Below, piece after piece: positions 20,174 to 30,157 of a stretch of DNA of 64,000 nucleotides. The stretch comes from Gemmatimonadota bacterium. GTDB taxonomy: Bacteria > Gemmatimonadota > Gemmatimonadetes > Palauibacterales > KS3-K002. A program made the translations under genes and the position numbers. The DNA is taken from assembly GCA_039586795.1 (NCBI GenBank), contig JBDHJS010000007.1:40903-104902 (forward strand), written 5' to 3'. Within the stretch, counting starts at the first letter, position 1; each line of letters begins with the position of its first letter. The notes under the pieces are model-generated. The model was not told the origin of the DNA and ran no database searches. It saw only the letters and a program-made list of their open reading frames with translations.

Positions 20174-20620
20174 AATTTGCAGAATCTGTTCGGCGTGACC
20201 TTTGGGGCGCACCTTGAGAAAGACGTCCTGGATGACGCCTTCCTCGTCGACGATGAAGGTCGTTCGCAGTACGCCAATGAACGTCTTCCCGTACAGCTGC
20301 TTCTCTCCCCATGCGCCGTAGGCATCCGCCACCGCATGGTCCGGATCGCTGAGCAACGTAAAGGGGAGCTCGTACTTGGTTTTGAACTTCTGATGCGACT
20401 TCACGCTGTCCGGGCTCACGCCCAGGATCACCGCGCCTTCTCGCTCGATCTCCCGGGTGTGATCACGAAACCCCACCGCCTCGGTAGTGCAACCCGGCGT
20501 ATTGTCCTTGGGATAGAAGTAAAGAATGACCTTCTTTCCGCGCAGGTCGGACATCTTTAGCAGCTCGCCGGCGTCCGTCTGAAGCTCGAAATCAGGGGCT
20601 ACGTCTCCACTCTTCAGCAC
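20162..20620 (-). CDS. bcp: Thioredoxin-dependent thiol peroxidase
   Basis: YFYPKDNTPGCTTEA motif. Confidence 0.92.
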   Translation of the reverse strand: MLKSGDVAPDFELQTDAGELLKMSDLRGKKVILYFYPKDNTPGCTTEAVGFRDHTREIEREGAVILGVSPDSVKSHQKFKTKYELPFTLLSDPDHAVADAYGAWGEKQLYGKTFIGVLRTTFIVDEEGVIQDVFLKVRPKGHAEQILQILGG

Positions 20621-20751
20621 TCCGTCCTCCTTATGCAGACATGGGGGCTACATCTGTTCTAGCAAGTTCGAGAGGCCGCGGCAAGGTTCTTGCCTCTTTG
20701 ATCGCTCGAGAAGCACTCACATGATGGGACTTCAAAGGCGAGCGGAAGACG

Positions 20752-21231
20752 ATGAGCAACGCGGAAAGAGAGAAGGCGCGCCTCCGGGAACGGCACGAGG
20801 CCCACGTCAGAGCCTGGAACGAGTACGATCTGGGGGCCCTGGGCGAGATCTACGATGCGAACTGCCTCATATTCGATGCTATCGCGCCACCTAAGTCCCA
20901 CACTCTGAGTGACTTCCTGACTCACCTGACACCGTTGCTCCAGTCCAACAATGGCTTCCAGCTTCGCACCTTCGACCAAGTTCTGCGCATCGATGAAAAG
21001 GGCGACAGCAAGATTGGCTGGATTACCTCACGCTACGAGGTAGAGGTCCGCTACACCGATGGAATCTACCGCAGGTGTGGCCGCTGGACCGAGATCTATG
21101 AGCGACAGCTGGAGAACTGGAAGCTGACGCATTTGCACTCGTCCGACGACAGCGCGAACGCTCTGACTAGAAGAGGTTCAGTTGTGGATCGAGCTCGTCG
21201 GGCTCGGTCACTGGCTGGCCGAGGCGTTTGA
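20752..21231 (+). CDS. NTF2/SnoaL-like protein
   Basis: AWNEYDLGAL...GRWTEIYERQLENWKLTHLHSS pattern. 3' end overlaps the convergent gene by 65 nt. Confidence 0.7.
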   Translation: MSNAEREKARLRERHEAHVRAWNEYDLGALGEIYDANCLIFDAIAPPKSHTLSDFLTHLTPLLQSNNGFQLRTFDQVLRIDEKGDSKIGWITSRYEVEVRYTDGIYRRCGRWTEIYERQLENWKLTHLHSSDDSANALTRRGSVVDRARRARSLAGRGV

Positions 21232-21976
21232 GCAGCCGCCGTGCACTGGCTGGCGAGTGGCCTTCGTAGTGGTTGTTGAAGAAGCCATAGACCTCCCGGA
21301 CCTGACCTGAAAGCTCCTTCAGCACTTTCGCCCACCCGGCGATCTCGGTTGTCCGGTCGAATAGTGTTTCCGCATAGCTATCCAGATGAGGGCGATCACC
21401 CAACCATCTGAAGTAGGCAATCTCAGAAGTCGGTTTCAATGCTTCCCGCATCACCTGATCCCTGGGAATCCACGGCCCGTCTGACAGCGCCAATCCGACA
21501 TCGGACGATCTGAGCAGATCGCCTACGTCAGCCGTGTGCCAGTCCCGCTGGCGGAATTCAACACAGAACCGGAAACCATCCGGAAGCCGCCGGAGGAACG
21601 CCTCCAGCACCGCCCGGTCTGCCGGCGTGAAATCAGGTGGCAGCTGCACCAGTATGACGCCGAGCTTCTCCTCGAGGAGCTCTGCTCGCTTGCAGAACGT
21701 CCTGACTACTTCGTCCCCGCCGCGCAGCCGCTTCTCATGGGTCACTTCGCCGGGAAGCTTGAGGGCGAAGCGGAAGGCATCCGGCGTGCGCTCGCGCCAG
21801 CCAATGAAATGCGAGGCCGGCGGCACTGCGTAGAACGAACTGTCCACCTCCACCGCCGTGAACGCCCTGGCGTAGACGCTCAGATACCGGGAGCTCGGCG
21901 TACCCTCGGGATAGAACGGCCCGGTCCAATCCGGATAGGACCAGCCCTGAGTGCCGATGAAGAATGAAGCCGTCAC
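21167..21976 (-). CDS. DUF72 family protein (second copy)
   Basis: IGTQGWSYPDW, VEVDSSFY, VQLPP and FNNHYEG motifs. Confidence 0.9.
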   Translation of the reverse strand: MTASFFIGTQGWSYPDWTGPFYPEGTPSSRYLSVYARAFTAVEVDSSFYAVPPASHFIGWRERTPDAFRFALKLPGEVTHEKRLRGGDEVVRTFCKRAELLEEKLGVILVQLPPDFTPADRAVLEAFLRRLPDGFRFCVEFRQRDWHTADVGDLLRSSDVGLALSDGPWIPRDQVMREALKPTSEIAYFRWLGDRPHLDSYAETLFDRTTEIAGWAKVLKELSGQVREVYGFFNNHYEGHSPASARRLLKRLGQPVTEPDELDPQLNLF

Positions 21977-21989
21977 AGGCTATGCAGGA

Positions 21990-22376
21990 TCAGCGACATA
22001 CGATGCGACCTGCCCGCTCGGGGTATGCGTCGAACCCCTCCTCCAGGTGGCACGTGCGGTAGTCGTCCTCGTTGGTGATATCGACCTCGTAGCTCTTACC
22101 CGATGGGCTCACGCGATAACGGGTCTTATACGGCGCTGGCAGCTTCTTCACACGGTTCCCGCACGTCACTTCGCTGCAGTAGCGATTATGGATCAAAAAC
22201 TCGTCTCGCTGAACGACGCGGAATTCGGACAACCACATCGTCATGGCGTCGACTGTGCCGACATGCGGTTCCACGGTCGGCGACTCACCGGTCGGGAGGC
22301 CTTCTGTACTGATCGTGTGGCTGCACGCCACAGCACATAGCAAGAGCAGGTAATTACCTGCAGGCGCGCCTTTCAT
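21990..22376 (-). CDS. Hypothetical lipoprotein (128 aa)
   Basis: AAGGAG SD and MKGAPAGNYLLLLCAVAC lipobox. Fills the gap between SDR and DUF72. Confidence 0.55.
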   Translation of the reverse strand: MKGAPAGNYLLLLCAVACSHTISTEGLPTGESPTVEPHVGTVDAMTMWLSEFRVVQRDEFLIHNRYCSEVTCGNRVKKLPAPYKTRYRVSPSGKSYEVDITNEDDYRTCHLEEGFDAYPERAGRIVCR

Positions 22377-22423
22377 CCTCTCCTTACCACCGGAGGAGAC
22401 TCGTTGACCCGACCTAAGATCGC

Positions 22424-23146
22424 CTACGCGCGCCGCGGACGCGAGGGCCTGAGCTCCACCCGACTGGGGAGCGAGCGTTGTTCGTGATTGAGCAACTGAA
22501 GCACGGTTCTGGCCACGTCGTCGGATGTCAGCTTCCAGGACTCCCCCGACGGGTCCCGCTCGTTGAAGTGCGTATCCACTGTTCCCGGCATGACGCAGCT
22601 GACTCGAATGTCGTGTTCCCGCACATCGAGCATCAACGCCTCGGTGAAACCCAGCAACCCGAACTTCGACGCGTTGTAGGCCGTACCGCCGGCAAAAGCA
22701 TAGCGTCCGGCCAGGCTTCCTATCGTTATGATCCAGCCGCCCCCACGCTTCTTCATCTCGGGGACGACCTCGTGACAGCAGTAGTAGACGCCGGTCAGGT
22801 TGGTGTCGATCACCTGGTGCCACGCCTCCGGCTCGATCTCGTCGACGGACCCGAAGCCACCGCCAACCCCGGCGTTGGCGATGAGGATGTCGACACCGCC
22901 GAACTCCTTCACCGCCGTCCGCACCAATTGCCGCACGTCTTCCATGCGCCGCACGTCTACGCCGAGCCCCACGACACGGCCACCGCCCGCCCCATCTATC
23001 TCCTTCCCAGAGCGCTCGGCCTCTGCGGCGCTCCGGGCGCAAAGCGCTACATCGGCTCCGGCGGCGGCCAATGAGCTGGCGATTGCATGACCGATCCCTT
23101 TGCTGCCACCGGTCACCAACGCAGCCTTCCCTTTCAGATCCAGCAT
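22424..23146 (-). CDS. SDR family oxidoreductase
   Basis: TGGSKGIG, ANAG and catalytic YNASK motifs. Confidence 0.92.
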   Translation of the reverse strand: MLDLKGKAALVTGGSKGIGHAIASSLAAAGADVALCARSAAEAERSGKEIDGAGGGRVVGLGVDVRRMEDVRQLVRTAVKEFGGVDILIANAGVGGGFGSVDEIEPEAWHQVIDTNLTGVYYCCHEVVPEMKKRGGGWIITIGSLAGRYAFAGGTAYNASKFGLLGFTEALMLDVREHDIRVSCVMPGTVDTHFNERDPSGESWKLTSDDVARTVLQLLNHEQRSLPSRVELRPSRPRRA

Positions 23147-23349
23147 TATCTCAAGGCTCCTGGCTCGATTCTCTAAACTCAAGTGTTCGTTGCCGGTTCA
23201 GACTGGTCCCGCTACCACGCTCGCGCAAGCTGATGGAAAGCTGAAGGCGCGTCAGCGTCAGAACCGCGAATCGTATTCCTTTCAGCTCAGGCATGTGAAT
23301 CCAATGACTATTAGATGGAATATGCTCCATTACATGTAAATTGTATCAC

Positions 23350-23378
23350 TTGCCAACGCCGGGCTGTCTGTCTATATT
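23350..23378 (+). promoter_or_regulatory. Sigma70-type promoter of the OMP gene
   Basis: TTGCCA-17 nt-TATATT with an AT-rich upstream region. Confidence 0.55.
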
Positions 23379-23567
23379 CTTCGCACGTAGGACCCCGCCT
23401 ATCCCCCAGCCGTTCAACAGGTTGGGCCTCCCCAGGGTGATTCTAACTGGAAGTGCAGGCCCCCGTGTCATGCGAGTCGGATTACCGTTGCTGTCGGGGT
23501 ACGCTCGTGACGGAGTCGAGCACGACTATGTAGCAGTACTTCAGGTCCACTTCACAAGAGAGGTACA

Positions 23568-24188
23568 ATGAAGAAAGCGCTGTTGGGAATGGCATTGGTT
23601 TTCGGCCTCGGTCTGGCCGGGATCAGCGACGCTCAGGCCCAGGGGATCACACTCGGTGCACAGGGTGGTTACAACTACTCTCAGATCTCCGATATCCCCA
23701 CCGGTATCGACGAAATTGGCGACAAGGGCGGCCTGATCGTGGGAGCTTTCGTCGACATCCAGTTCCACAAGTTGATTTTCGTGAGCGTGGAAGGGAACTA
23801 CGTCGAGCGAAAGGCCGAGCTAACGGAAACGGGCGTGACCGGCGATTTCAAGCAGAACTACATCGACATCCCGGCGCTCTTGGGCGTGCGGCTCATGAGC
23901 GGCATGCTCCAGCCCGTGCTCTACGCGGGCGGGATGGTCTCATTCGAGACTAAGTGTACTTTGTCGACCGACCTGCTTTCTGAGAGTTGCGCAAATCTGG
24001 ACTTTGGCACAGAGAGCAACGTCTGGAGCGCGGTCTTTGGCGGCGGCCTCGACATCGCACTATCGGTGGTAAGGCTCAATGCTGACATCCGGTACAACCT
24101 CGGGCTGTCAGGGGTCGTCGAGGACGAAGACGCCAAGTGGAACAGCTGGATGGCGCTTGTTGGCATCGGTTTCGGACTCGGTGGCTGA
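23568..24188 (+). CDS. Outer membrane beta-barrel (porin family) protein
   Basis: Signal peptide ending AQA-Q, YIDIP and IRYNLGL motifs, amphipathic strands. Confidence 0.8.
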   Translation: MKKALLGMALVFGLGLAGISDAQAQGITLGAQGGYNYSQISDIPTGIDEIGDKGGLIVGAFVDIQFHKLIFVSVEGNYVERKAELTETGVTGDFKQNYIDIPALLGVRLMSGMLQPVLYAGGMVSFETKCTLSTDLLSESCANLDFGTESNVWSAVFGGGLDIALSVVRLNADIRYNLGLSGVVEDEDAKWNSWMALVGIGFGLGG

Positions 24189-24223
24189 TCTCAGGCTTCT
24201 AGCTGAATTACCTTGAGTGGCAT

Positions 24224-24256
24224 GCGGGCCCGCAGCTTCTGCGGGCCCGCTTTCTT
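24224..24256 (+). terminator. Intrinsic terminator
   Basis: GCGGGCCCGCAG/CTGCGGGCCCGC perfect stem followed by TTTCTT. Confidence 0.8.
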
Positions 24257-24274
24257 GTTGCTGCCACACCGCTC

Positions 24275-24967
24275 CTACTCGTCGGAGATCTCTAGCCCGC
24301 GCAGCACGGGTTCCAATACGGCCCACACATTTGCTGCAACGATCGCCTGGCCCTCAGCGGTCGGGTGGTTCCCATCCGGCTGGTTCAACTCCGGTATGCC
24401 CGCCACGCCATCCAACAAGAAGGGGATAAGCTCGGCATCGTTCGCTTCCGCCAAATCCAAGAAGACCTCCGCAAAAGCGACTGCGTACCGCTCGCCCAGA
24501 TTAGGCGCTGCCTGCATCCCCGCGATCACGAGGGCGGCTTCGGGATGCGCCGACCTGGTTCGATGGATGATCTCCTGCAGGTTAGCTCGCATCGCCGGGA
24601 TATCTTGGCCCCGCAACATGTCGTTGGCCCCCAACTCCAGCACTAGCACCGCCAACGGCTGACGCAGCAGCCAATCGATCCGACGCAGACCGCCCGCGGA
24701 TGTCTCTCCGCTGACGCCAGCGTTGACAGCCCTAAAGTTCAGGCCTGCGGAGTCGATCTTCGCCTGGATCAGCGCCGGATAGGCCTGTTCAGGCGATAGG
24801 CCCATGCCGGCGGTCAGGCTGGTGCCAAGGAACAGGACGGCGGGAGCGGTCGTTTCGCTTGCCGAATCGTCCGGAGATTGCGACCGTACAGCGGAATCCG
24901 AACTCTCACCTCCTCCACAGGCGAGGCCAAGCGCGGCGAATCCGCAGGCGAGTAACTTTCGAACCAT
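24275..24967 (-). CDS. tesA: SGNH arylesterase/acyl-CoA thioesterase lipoprotein
   Basis: GTSLTAG, NAGVSGETS, ELGAND and DGNHP motifs, lipobox GLAC. Confidence 0.88.
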   Translation of the reverse strand: MVRKLLACGFAALGLACGGGESSDSAVRSQSPDDSASETTAPAVLFLGTSLTAGMGLSPEQAYPALIQAKIDSAGLNFRAVNAGVSGETSAGGLRRIDWLLRQPLAVLVLELGANDMLRGQDIPAMRANLQEIIHRTRSAHPEAALVIAGMQAAPNLGERYAVAFAEVFLDLAEANDAELIPFLLDGVAGIPELNQPDGNHPTAEGQAIVAANVWAVLEPVLRGLEISDE

Positions 24968-25664
24968 GATGATCGTCACCAAAGGACTCGAGCAAACCTA
25001 CATGAGCGGCGACCGACCGCTCACGGTGCTCAAGGATATCGACTTCGAGATCGAGGCCGGCGACGCCGTCGCCATCGTTGGGCCTTCCGGCTCGGGCAAG
25101 ACTACCCTGCTCGGCCTTTTGGCCGGTCTCGATTTGCCGTCCGGCGGCACGGTCGCTCTCGACGGCCAGGATCTGAGCGAGCTCTCCGAGGACGAGCGCG
25201 CCACGCTACGAGCCGACAAGGTAGGGTTCGTCTTTCAGAGTTTCCAGCTCATCCCGACGCTCACGGCGTTGGAGAACGTTCTCGTGCCCATCGAGCTGCA
25301 GGCGGACGGTGCGGCTGATGCCGATGAGGCGGAGCGTCGAGCCACCGAGCTGCTGGAGCGAGTCGGCCTTGGCGATCGAACGCACCACTACCCTGCCCAG
25401 CTGTCCGGCGGCGAACAGCAGCGGGTCGGACTTGCGCGAGCGTTCGCCAACCGTCCGAAGATCCTGATGGCCGACGAACCCACCGGAAATCTGGACGCGG
25501 ATACGGGCGCCCATGTGATCGATCTCATGGTCAAGCTCAACCGCGAGGAGGGCACGACGCTAGTGCTGGTCACGCACGACACGGAACTGGCCTCCCGGGC
25601 GCATCGGATCGTTCGGTTGAGCGGCGGTCAAGTGATCAGCGACCAGAGGACGAGTCCGTCGTGA
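24966..25664 (+). CDS. ybbA: ABC ATP-binding protein (YbbA-like)
   Basis: GPSGSGKT, LSGGEQQR and ADEPTGNLD motifs. Divergent from tesA. Confidence 0.85.
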   Translation: MMIVTKGLEQTYMSGDRPLTVLKDIDFEIEAGDAVAIVGPSGSGKTTLLGLLAGLDLPSGGTVALDGQDLSELSEDERATLRADKVGFVFQSFQLIPTLTALENVLVPIELQADGAADADEAERRATELLERVGLGDRTHHYPAQLSGGEQQRVGLARAFANRPKILMADEPTGNLDADTGAHVIDLMVKLNREEGTTLVLVTHDTELASRAHRIVRLSGGQVISDQRTSPS

Positions 25665-28210
25665 GCGTTCGCTTCACGCTGCGGATGGCCAAGCGAGAGA
25701 GCCGCTCTACGCGTCGCCGTCTGGTCCTCTACATCATAGCCATAACCCTTGGCGTTGCGGCGCTGGTCGCGATCAACTCGTTCCGCGCCAATGTCACTTC
25801 CGCCGTGAGCAGTCAAGCGCGGGCGCTGCTGGGTGCCGACCTCGTGATGGGAAGTCGCTGGACGTTCCCCGACGACATTTTGGCGCTCATCGACTCGCTG
25901 GAGACGGAAGGCGCCGAGACTTCATGGGTGACTTCGTTCTCCTCCATGGCGTTGGCCACTCGGTCAGGACTCACGCGGCTCGTCGAGATACAGGCACCAA
26001 GCGGTGGCTACCCCTTCTATGGTGAACTGACCACCGATCCGCCCGGCATTTGGGAGTCGTTCCGTGATTCACGACAGGCGTTGGTCGATCCCGCAGTACT
26101 GGTTCAGCTCGATACCGAACTGGGGGACACGCTGGCCATCGGCGAAGCGCGCTTCGTGATTGCCGGTACGGTAACCAGCGTGCCCGGCGACATCGGGTTG
26201 CGCTCGGTATTCGGGGCGCGTGTTTACATCCCCGAGCCCTTCGTAGAAGAAACTGGTCTGCTGCGTTTCGGGAGCGTCTCGTTCACGCAGGCCTTCCTGA
26301 GGATCGATGATACCCCGGAGAACATCGATGCCTTTGTAGAGGCGGAGGACTCACTCTTCGAGGCCAACAGAGTCTGGAACACAACCGTTATCGAGTACGA
26401 GGAGGATCTGACGGAAGGCCTGGAGGATATGAGCAGCTTCCTCGCGCTCATCGGCCTCGTCGCCCTGCTGCTCGGTGGTGTTGGCGTGGCGAGCGGTGTT
26501 CATGTGTTCGTCAGCGAGAAGCTGGACACGGCCGCTGTGCTTCGCTGCCTGGGCGCTCGTCAGCGACAGACCTTCGCGATCTACCTACTACAGGCCGGCG
26601 CCATGGGCGCTATCGGCGCGATCGTGGGAGTCGCGCTAGGCCTCGGCGTGCAAGCCCTCGTTCCCAGCGTGCTCCGCGACTTCCTCCCGCTGGATGTACC
26701 CTTCACGCTGGTCTGGCCGGCGATCGCCGCCGGCTTCGGTATCGGCCTCTGGATTTCGCTTTTGTTTGCTGTCTTGCCGCTGCTTCGGATCAAAGACGTG
26801 GCCCCGCTCCGCGCCCTGCGGAGAGATTACGAGCGATCGAAGGGTCGTCGCGATCCGTGGCGGATCGCCACCTACTGCACGTTCCTCCTCACGCTACTGG
26901 TTCTCACCGTGTGGCAGGCGCCGGAGCCCGCGGTCGGGATCGCCTTCGCGATCGCCGCCGTGGTTACCGCCTTCGCCCTCGGGCTTACGGCGTGGGGCTT
27001 GATGAAAGTGACCCGGCGCTTCTTCCCGAGGCGCGCTCGCTTCGCCGTACGCCAGGGTATGTCCAACCTGTTTCGCCCGCACAATCAGACGGTAGCGGTC
27101 ACGCTGGCCATCGGCTCCGGCGTCTTCCTGATCGCGCTGGTGTACGTTGTGCAGCGCAACCTGCTCGATCAGGTAACCCTACAAACGAGACCGGACCGCC
27201 CGAATATCGTGTTGTTCGACATCCAGCCTGACCAGGAAGATGGTGTCGTCAACATCCTGAACGGACGCGACGCTCCCGTGCTGGAGCGTGCGCCTATCGT
27301 ACCCGCACGCCTCGTACACCTGGGAGATCGGACCGTCGAGGAAGTCCTCGCCGATACCGTTGGACCACGTGTACCGCGTTGGGCCCTGCTGCGTGAGTAT
27401 CGTCACACCTACCGAGACTCCCTTGTCGGCTCGGAGGTTTCGGTGGAAGGCGCGTGGCCACCCCCCGAGTCGGGGACGGAAGACGCGATCGCCAGGGTGT
27501 CGATCGAAGCCGATATAGCCGAGGAGCTGAACGTTGAGATCGGCGACCGGATCAGCTGGGATATCCAAGGCGTGCCCGTGGAAACCGAGATCGTCAACAT
27601 CCGTCGCGTAGACTGGGTTCGGTTCGAGCCGAACTTCTTCTTCGTGTTCGAGTCCGGTGTACTGGACGACGCTCCACAGAGCCTGCTCATGCTATCACGC
27701 ATCGACGACCCGATAGCGCGGGCGGAGCTCCAGAGAGATATCGTCAAGGACCACCCCAACGTCGCCACCATCGACATCACGGTCATCATTAACGCCATTG
27801 ATGCCATTCTCAGCAAAGTCGCGTTAGCGATTCGCTTCATGGCTCTATTCAGCATAGGCGCCGGCATCGTGATACTCATCGGCGCCATCGCGACATCGCG
27901 GTACCAGCGGGCCCGTGAGTCGGTGTTGTTAAAGACACTCGGCGCCCGATCGCGCATCATCGCCCGTATCCTTGCAACCGAATACTTCGCCCTCGGCTCG
28001 TTCGCGGGACTGGCGGGGGTTGCCCTGGCCGCCATCGGTGGCTGGGCCGCTATCGTGTTTCTGTTCAAGATGAGCTTCCACCTGCCAGCGTTACCGCTCA
28101 TCGGTATCTGGATCGCGACGGCGGCACTGACCACAGCGATCGGGATGGCGAACAGCCGGGACGTGATGCGGAGGACGCCGTTGGCGGGCATGAGAGACTT
28201 CGCGGAGTAA
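25661..28210 (+). CDS. ybbP: ABC permease (YbbP-like)
   Basis: 849 aa with two FtsX/MacB-like halves, LLGADL and FDIQPDQ motifs. Confidence 0.85.
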   Translation: MSVRFTLRMAKRESRSTRRRLVLYIIAITLGVAALVAINSFRANVTSAVSSQARALLGADLVMGSRWTFPDDILALIDSLETEGAETSWVTSFSSMALATRSGLTRLVEIQAPSGGYPFYGELTTDPPGIWESFRDSRQALVDPAVLVQLDTELGDTLAIGEARFVIAGTVTSVPGDIGLRSVFGARVYIPEPFVEETGLLRFGSVSFTQAFLRIDDTPENIDAFVEAEDSLFEANRVWNTTVIEYEEDLTEGLEDMSSFLALIGLVALLLGGVGVASGVHVFVSEKLDTAAVLRCLGARQRQTFAIYLLQAGAMGAIGAIVGVALGLGVQALVPSVLRDFLPLDVPFTLVWPAIAAGFGIGLWISLLFAVLPLLRIKDVAPLRALRRDYERSKGRRDPWRIATYCTFLLTLLVLTVWQAPEPAVGIAFAIAAVVTAFALGLTAWGLMKVTRRFFPRRARFAVRQGMSNLFRPHNQTVAVTLAIGSGVFLIALVYVVQRNLLDQVTLQTRPDRPNIVLFDIQPDQEDGVVNILNGRDAPVLERAPIVPARLVHLGDRTVEEVLADTVGPRVPRWALLREYRHTYRDSLVGSEVSVEGAWPPPESGTEDAIARVSIEADIAEELNVEIGDRISWDIQGVPVETEIVNIRRVDWVRFEPNFFFVFESGVLDDAPQSLLMLSRIDDPIARAELQRDIVKDHPNVATIDITVIINAIDAILSKVALAIRFMALFSIGAGIVILIGAIATSRYQRARESVLLKTLGARSRIIARILATEYFALGSFAGLAGVALAAIGGWAAIVFLFKMSFHLPALPLIGIWIATAALTTAIGMANSRDVMRRTPLAGMRDFAE

Positions 28211-28219
28211 TAGAGTCCA

Positions 28220-29488
28220 GTGAGCCGATCGGAGCTGTCAGGGTCTGAGGCTACACTTGTTCGGGATGGCGAACTGTGGTGCGAAGACGTCCGGCTCGCA
28301 GAGATCGGTGACGCCGTCGGCACTCCGTGCTACGTCTACAGCGAACACATCATCAGGAGCCGCTTCACTTCCTTTGCGTCCACCTTCAAAGATGTTGATC
28401 ATCGCGTCTTCTACTCTGTGAAGGCCAACCACAACCTCGCGGTGCTCGAGACGCTACGCGGTCTCGGCGCTGGGGCGGATGTGGTTTCCGTCGGCGAGCT
28501 CCACCGAGCCAAGCTCGCCGGATTCGCAGGCAGCGACATTGTCTTTGGGGGCGTGGGAAAACGGAACGATGAGTTGGAAGCCGCATTGGCGGCCGAGATC
28601 TTTTTGGTCAACGTGGAGTCCGAGAGCGAGCTATGCCGCCTCAGCGAAGCGGCCGCCCGCCAGGGGACCGTCGCCCGCGTTGGAATCCGAGTCAACCCCG
28701 GCGTCGAAGCGTCTACGCACAGCTACACCCAGACCGGACACTACGGAACGAAGTTCGGTGTCGCCCGGGAGGATGCGGTGGATGTCTATGCTCGCGCCGC
28801 CGAGTTGAGCGGCATCGAGCCGCGAGGTATCAACGCACATATTGGTTCGCAGATTCTCCAGCCCGAGCCCTACCAGCAAACTCTTCAGCTGCTGGTTGAT
28901 CTCGTTCGGGACATTCGAAGGCGCAGGCTGCAAGTCGACTACATCGACATCGGGGGCGGTTTCGGTATCCGGCACGACACGGGCGCGGGGATAGATCTAG
29001 ACGCCGTAGCGCATATGGCCGTCGAAGCCTGCTCGGACATCGACGTCGTTTTGCTGTTCGAACCCGGACGCTGGCTGGTCGCGCCCGCCGGCATCCTCCT
29101 GACGAGGGTGCTCTATACGAAACAGCTCGGCGACCGCGTGTACTGTGTGACCGACACGGGTTCTAATGATTTCATGCGACCCAGCTACTACAGCGCGCAC
29201 CACCCTATCGAAGCGGTACGAGACGGGCCGCGCGAGGTGACGGCAGATGTCGTTGGACCGGTCTGCGAGACCGGGGACTTCCTGGGCCGTGACCGTAAAC
29301 TGCCGAAGCTTGGGGAGGGAGACCTGTTAGCTGTGATGTACGCGGGAGCCTACGGCCTCGTGATGAGCTCCAACTATAACTCGCGGCCCCGGGCTGCCGA
29401 AGTTCTGGTCGCCGGCAGCAGCTACCGCGTTGTGCGACGTCGAGAATCGCTCGATGATCTCGTCGCGCTGGAGCGCGACAACGCTTAG
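28220..29488 (+). CDS. lysA: Diaminopimelate decarboxylase
   Basis: YSVKAN, KFG, HIGSQ, EPGR, GPVCETGD and MSSNYNSRPR motifs. Confidence 0.95.
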   Translation: MSRSELSGSEATLVRDGELWCEDVRLAEIGDAVGTPCYVYSEHIIRSRFTSFASTFKDVDHRVFYSVKANHNLAVLETLRGLGAGADVVSVGELHRAKLAGFAGSDIVFGGVGKRNDELEAALAAEIFLVNVESESELCRLSEAAARQGTVARVGIRVNPGVEASTHSYTQTGHYGTKFGVAREDAVDVYARAAELSGIEPRGINAHIGSQILQPEPYQQTLQLLVDLVRDIRRRRLQVDYIDIGGGFGIRHDTGAGIDLDAVAHMAVEACSDIDVVLLFEPGRWLVAPAGILLTRVLYTKQLGDRVYCVTDTGSNDFMRPSYYSAHHPIEAVRDGPREVTADVVGPVCETGDFLGRDRKLPKLGEGDLLAVMYAGAYGLVMSSNYNSRPRAAEVLVAGSSYRVVRRRESLDDLVALERDNA

Positions 29489-29979
29489 CCGCGTCCCTCG
29501 CGCTTCCGCTGAGCCCGATGTTCCTGCCAGTGGCGCAGCAGCTCCTCGAGCTCGTGCTCCATGAATCGGTAGAAATCCAGCTTCTCTTCCAACCGCTTCG
29601 TCCGCCCCTCGCCTTCCGATTCCAGAGCATCGAGCCCCTGCTCGGTCAGCGCCCGGGCCTCAACCGCACCCGCGATCCGCTGGCGCAGCATCCCTTCCAG
29701 CCCGCCCGGCTTCAGGCGGTAATGGCTCGCCCGAGCACCACGCAAGCCGACACGCTCGACCAGGCCCATGCTCTCCAGCAGACGCGTGTTGGTGCTGACC
29801 GATGCCTTGCTGACGTGCAGCGCCTCGACCAGTTCCTGGGCGGACTGTTCCGGTGGCTCGCAGACGTAAAGCCATCCCCAAATCCTACCGGCGGTGCGGG
29901 GCAGCCCCCAGCGAGCGAAGAGCAGCCCCCAGCTTTCGGCGTAGCCGGAAAGGGCTTCGAAAAGGTCGGGCTGGCTCAT
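29485..29979 (-). CDS. MarR/GbsR-family transcriptional regulator
   Basis: WGLPRTAGRIWGWL and wHTH SKASVSTNTRLL motifs. Confidence 0.85.
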   Translation of the reverse strand: MSQPDLFEALSGYAESWGLLFARWGLPRTAGRIWGWLYVCEPPEQSAQELVEALHVSKASVSTNTRLLESMGLVERVGLRGARASHYRLKPGGLEGMLRQRIAGAVEARALTEQGLDALESEGEGRTKRLEEKLDFYRFMEHELEELLRHWQEHRAQRKREGRG

Positions 29980-29990
29980 AGGCGAAATTC

Positions 29991-30040
29991 TTGACAGTTC
30001 GAATTGTTCAATTTATACTGAACAAAACGAACCGTGTCAA
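29991..30040. promoter_or_regulatory. Overlapping bidirectional sigma70 promoters with embedded inverted repeat (probable operator)
   Basis: Plus strand TTGACA-17-TATACT, minus strand TTGACA-17-TATAAA, with TTGTTCA-N8-TGAACAA inside. Confidence 0.75.
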
Positions 30041-30157
30041 CCACTGGGCAGGTGGGGTGGCTGGGGGCGTCTGGTCAACGACAGGGCGCCGGTCCTACAA
30101 TCCGGGGCCGGCGCCCGACGTTCTTGGAACCGCGAATCAGCAGAATTGGGGTAGACA

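Noticed and set aside
21167..21231. 65-nt convergent overlap as antisense regulation
   Set aside because: The tail of the NTF2-like ORF looks like read-through after a lost stop, and nothing else supports a function.
9535..21976. Two DUF72 genes plus a macro domain as a defence or repair island
   Set aside because: They are 11 kb apart among housekeeping genes, with no shared operon or mobility signs.
21990..23042. 350-aa minus-strand ORF
   Set aside because: The first ~220 codons are an off-frame shadow of the SDR gene. Only the 128-aa part from 22376 has an SD and lipobox.
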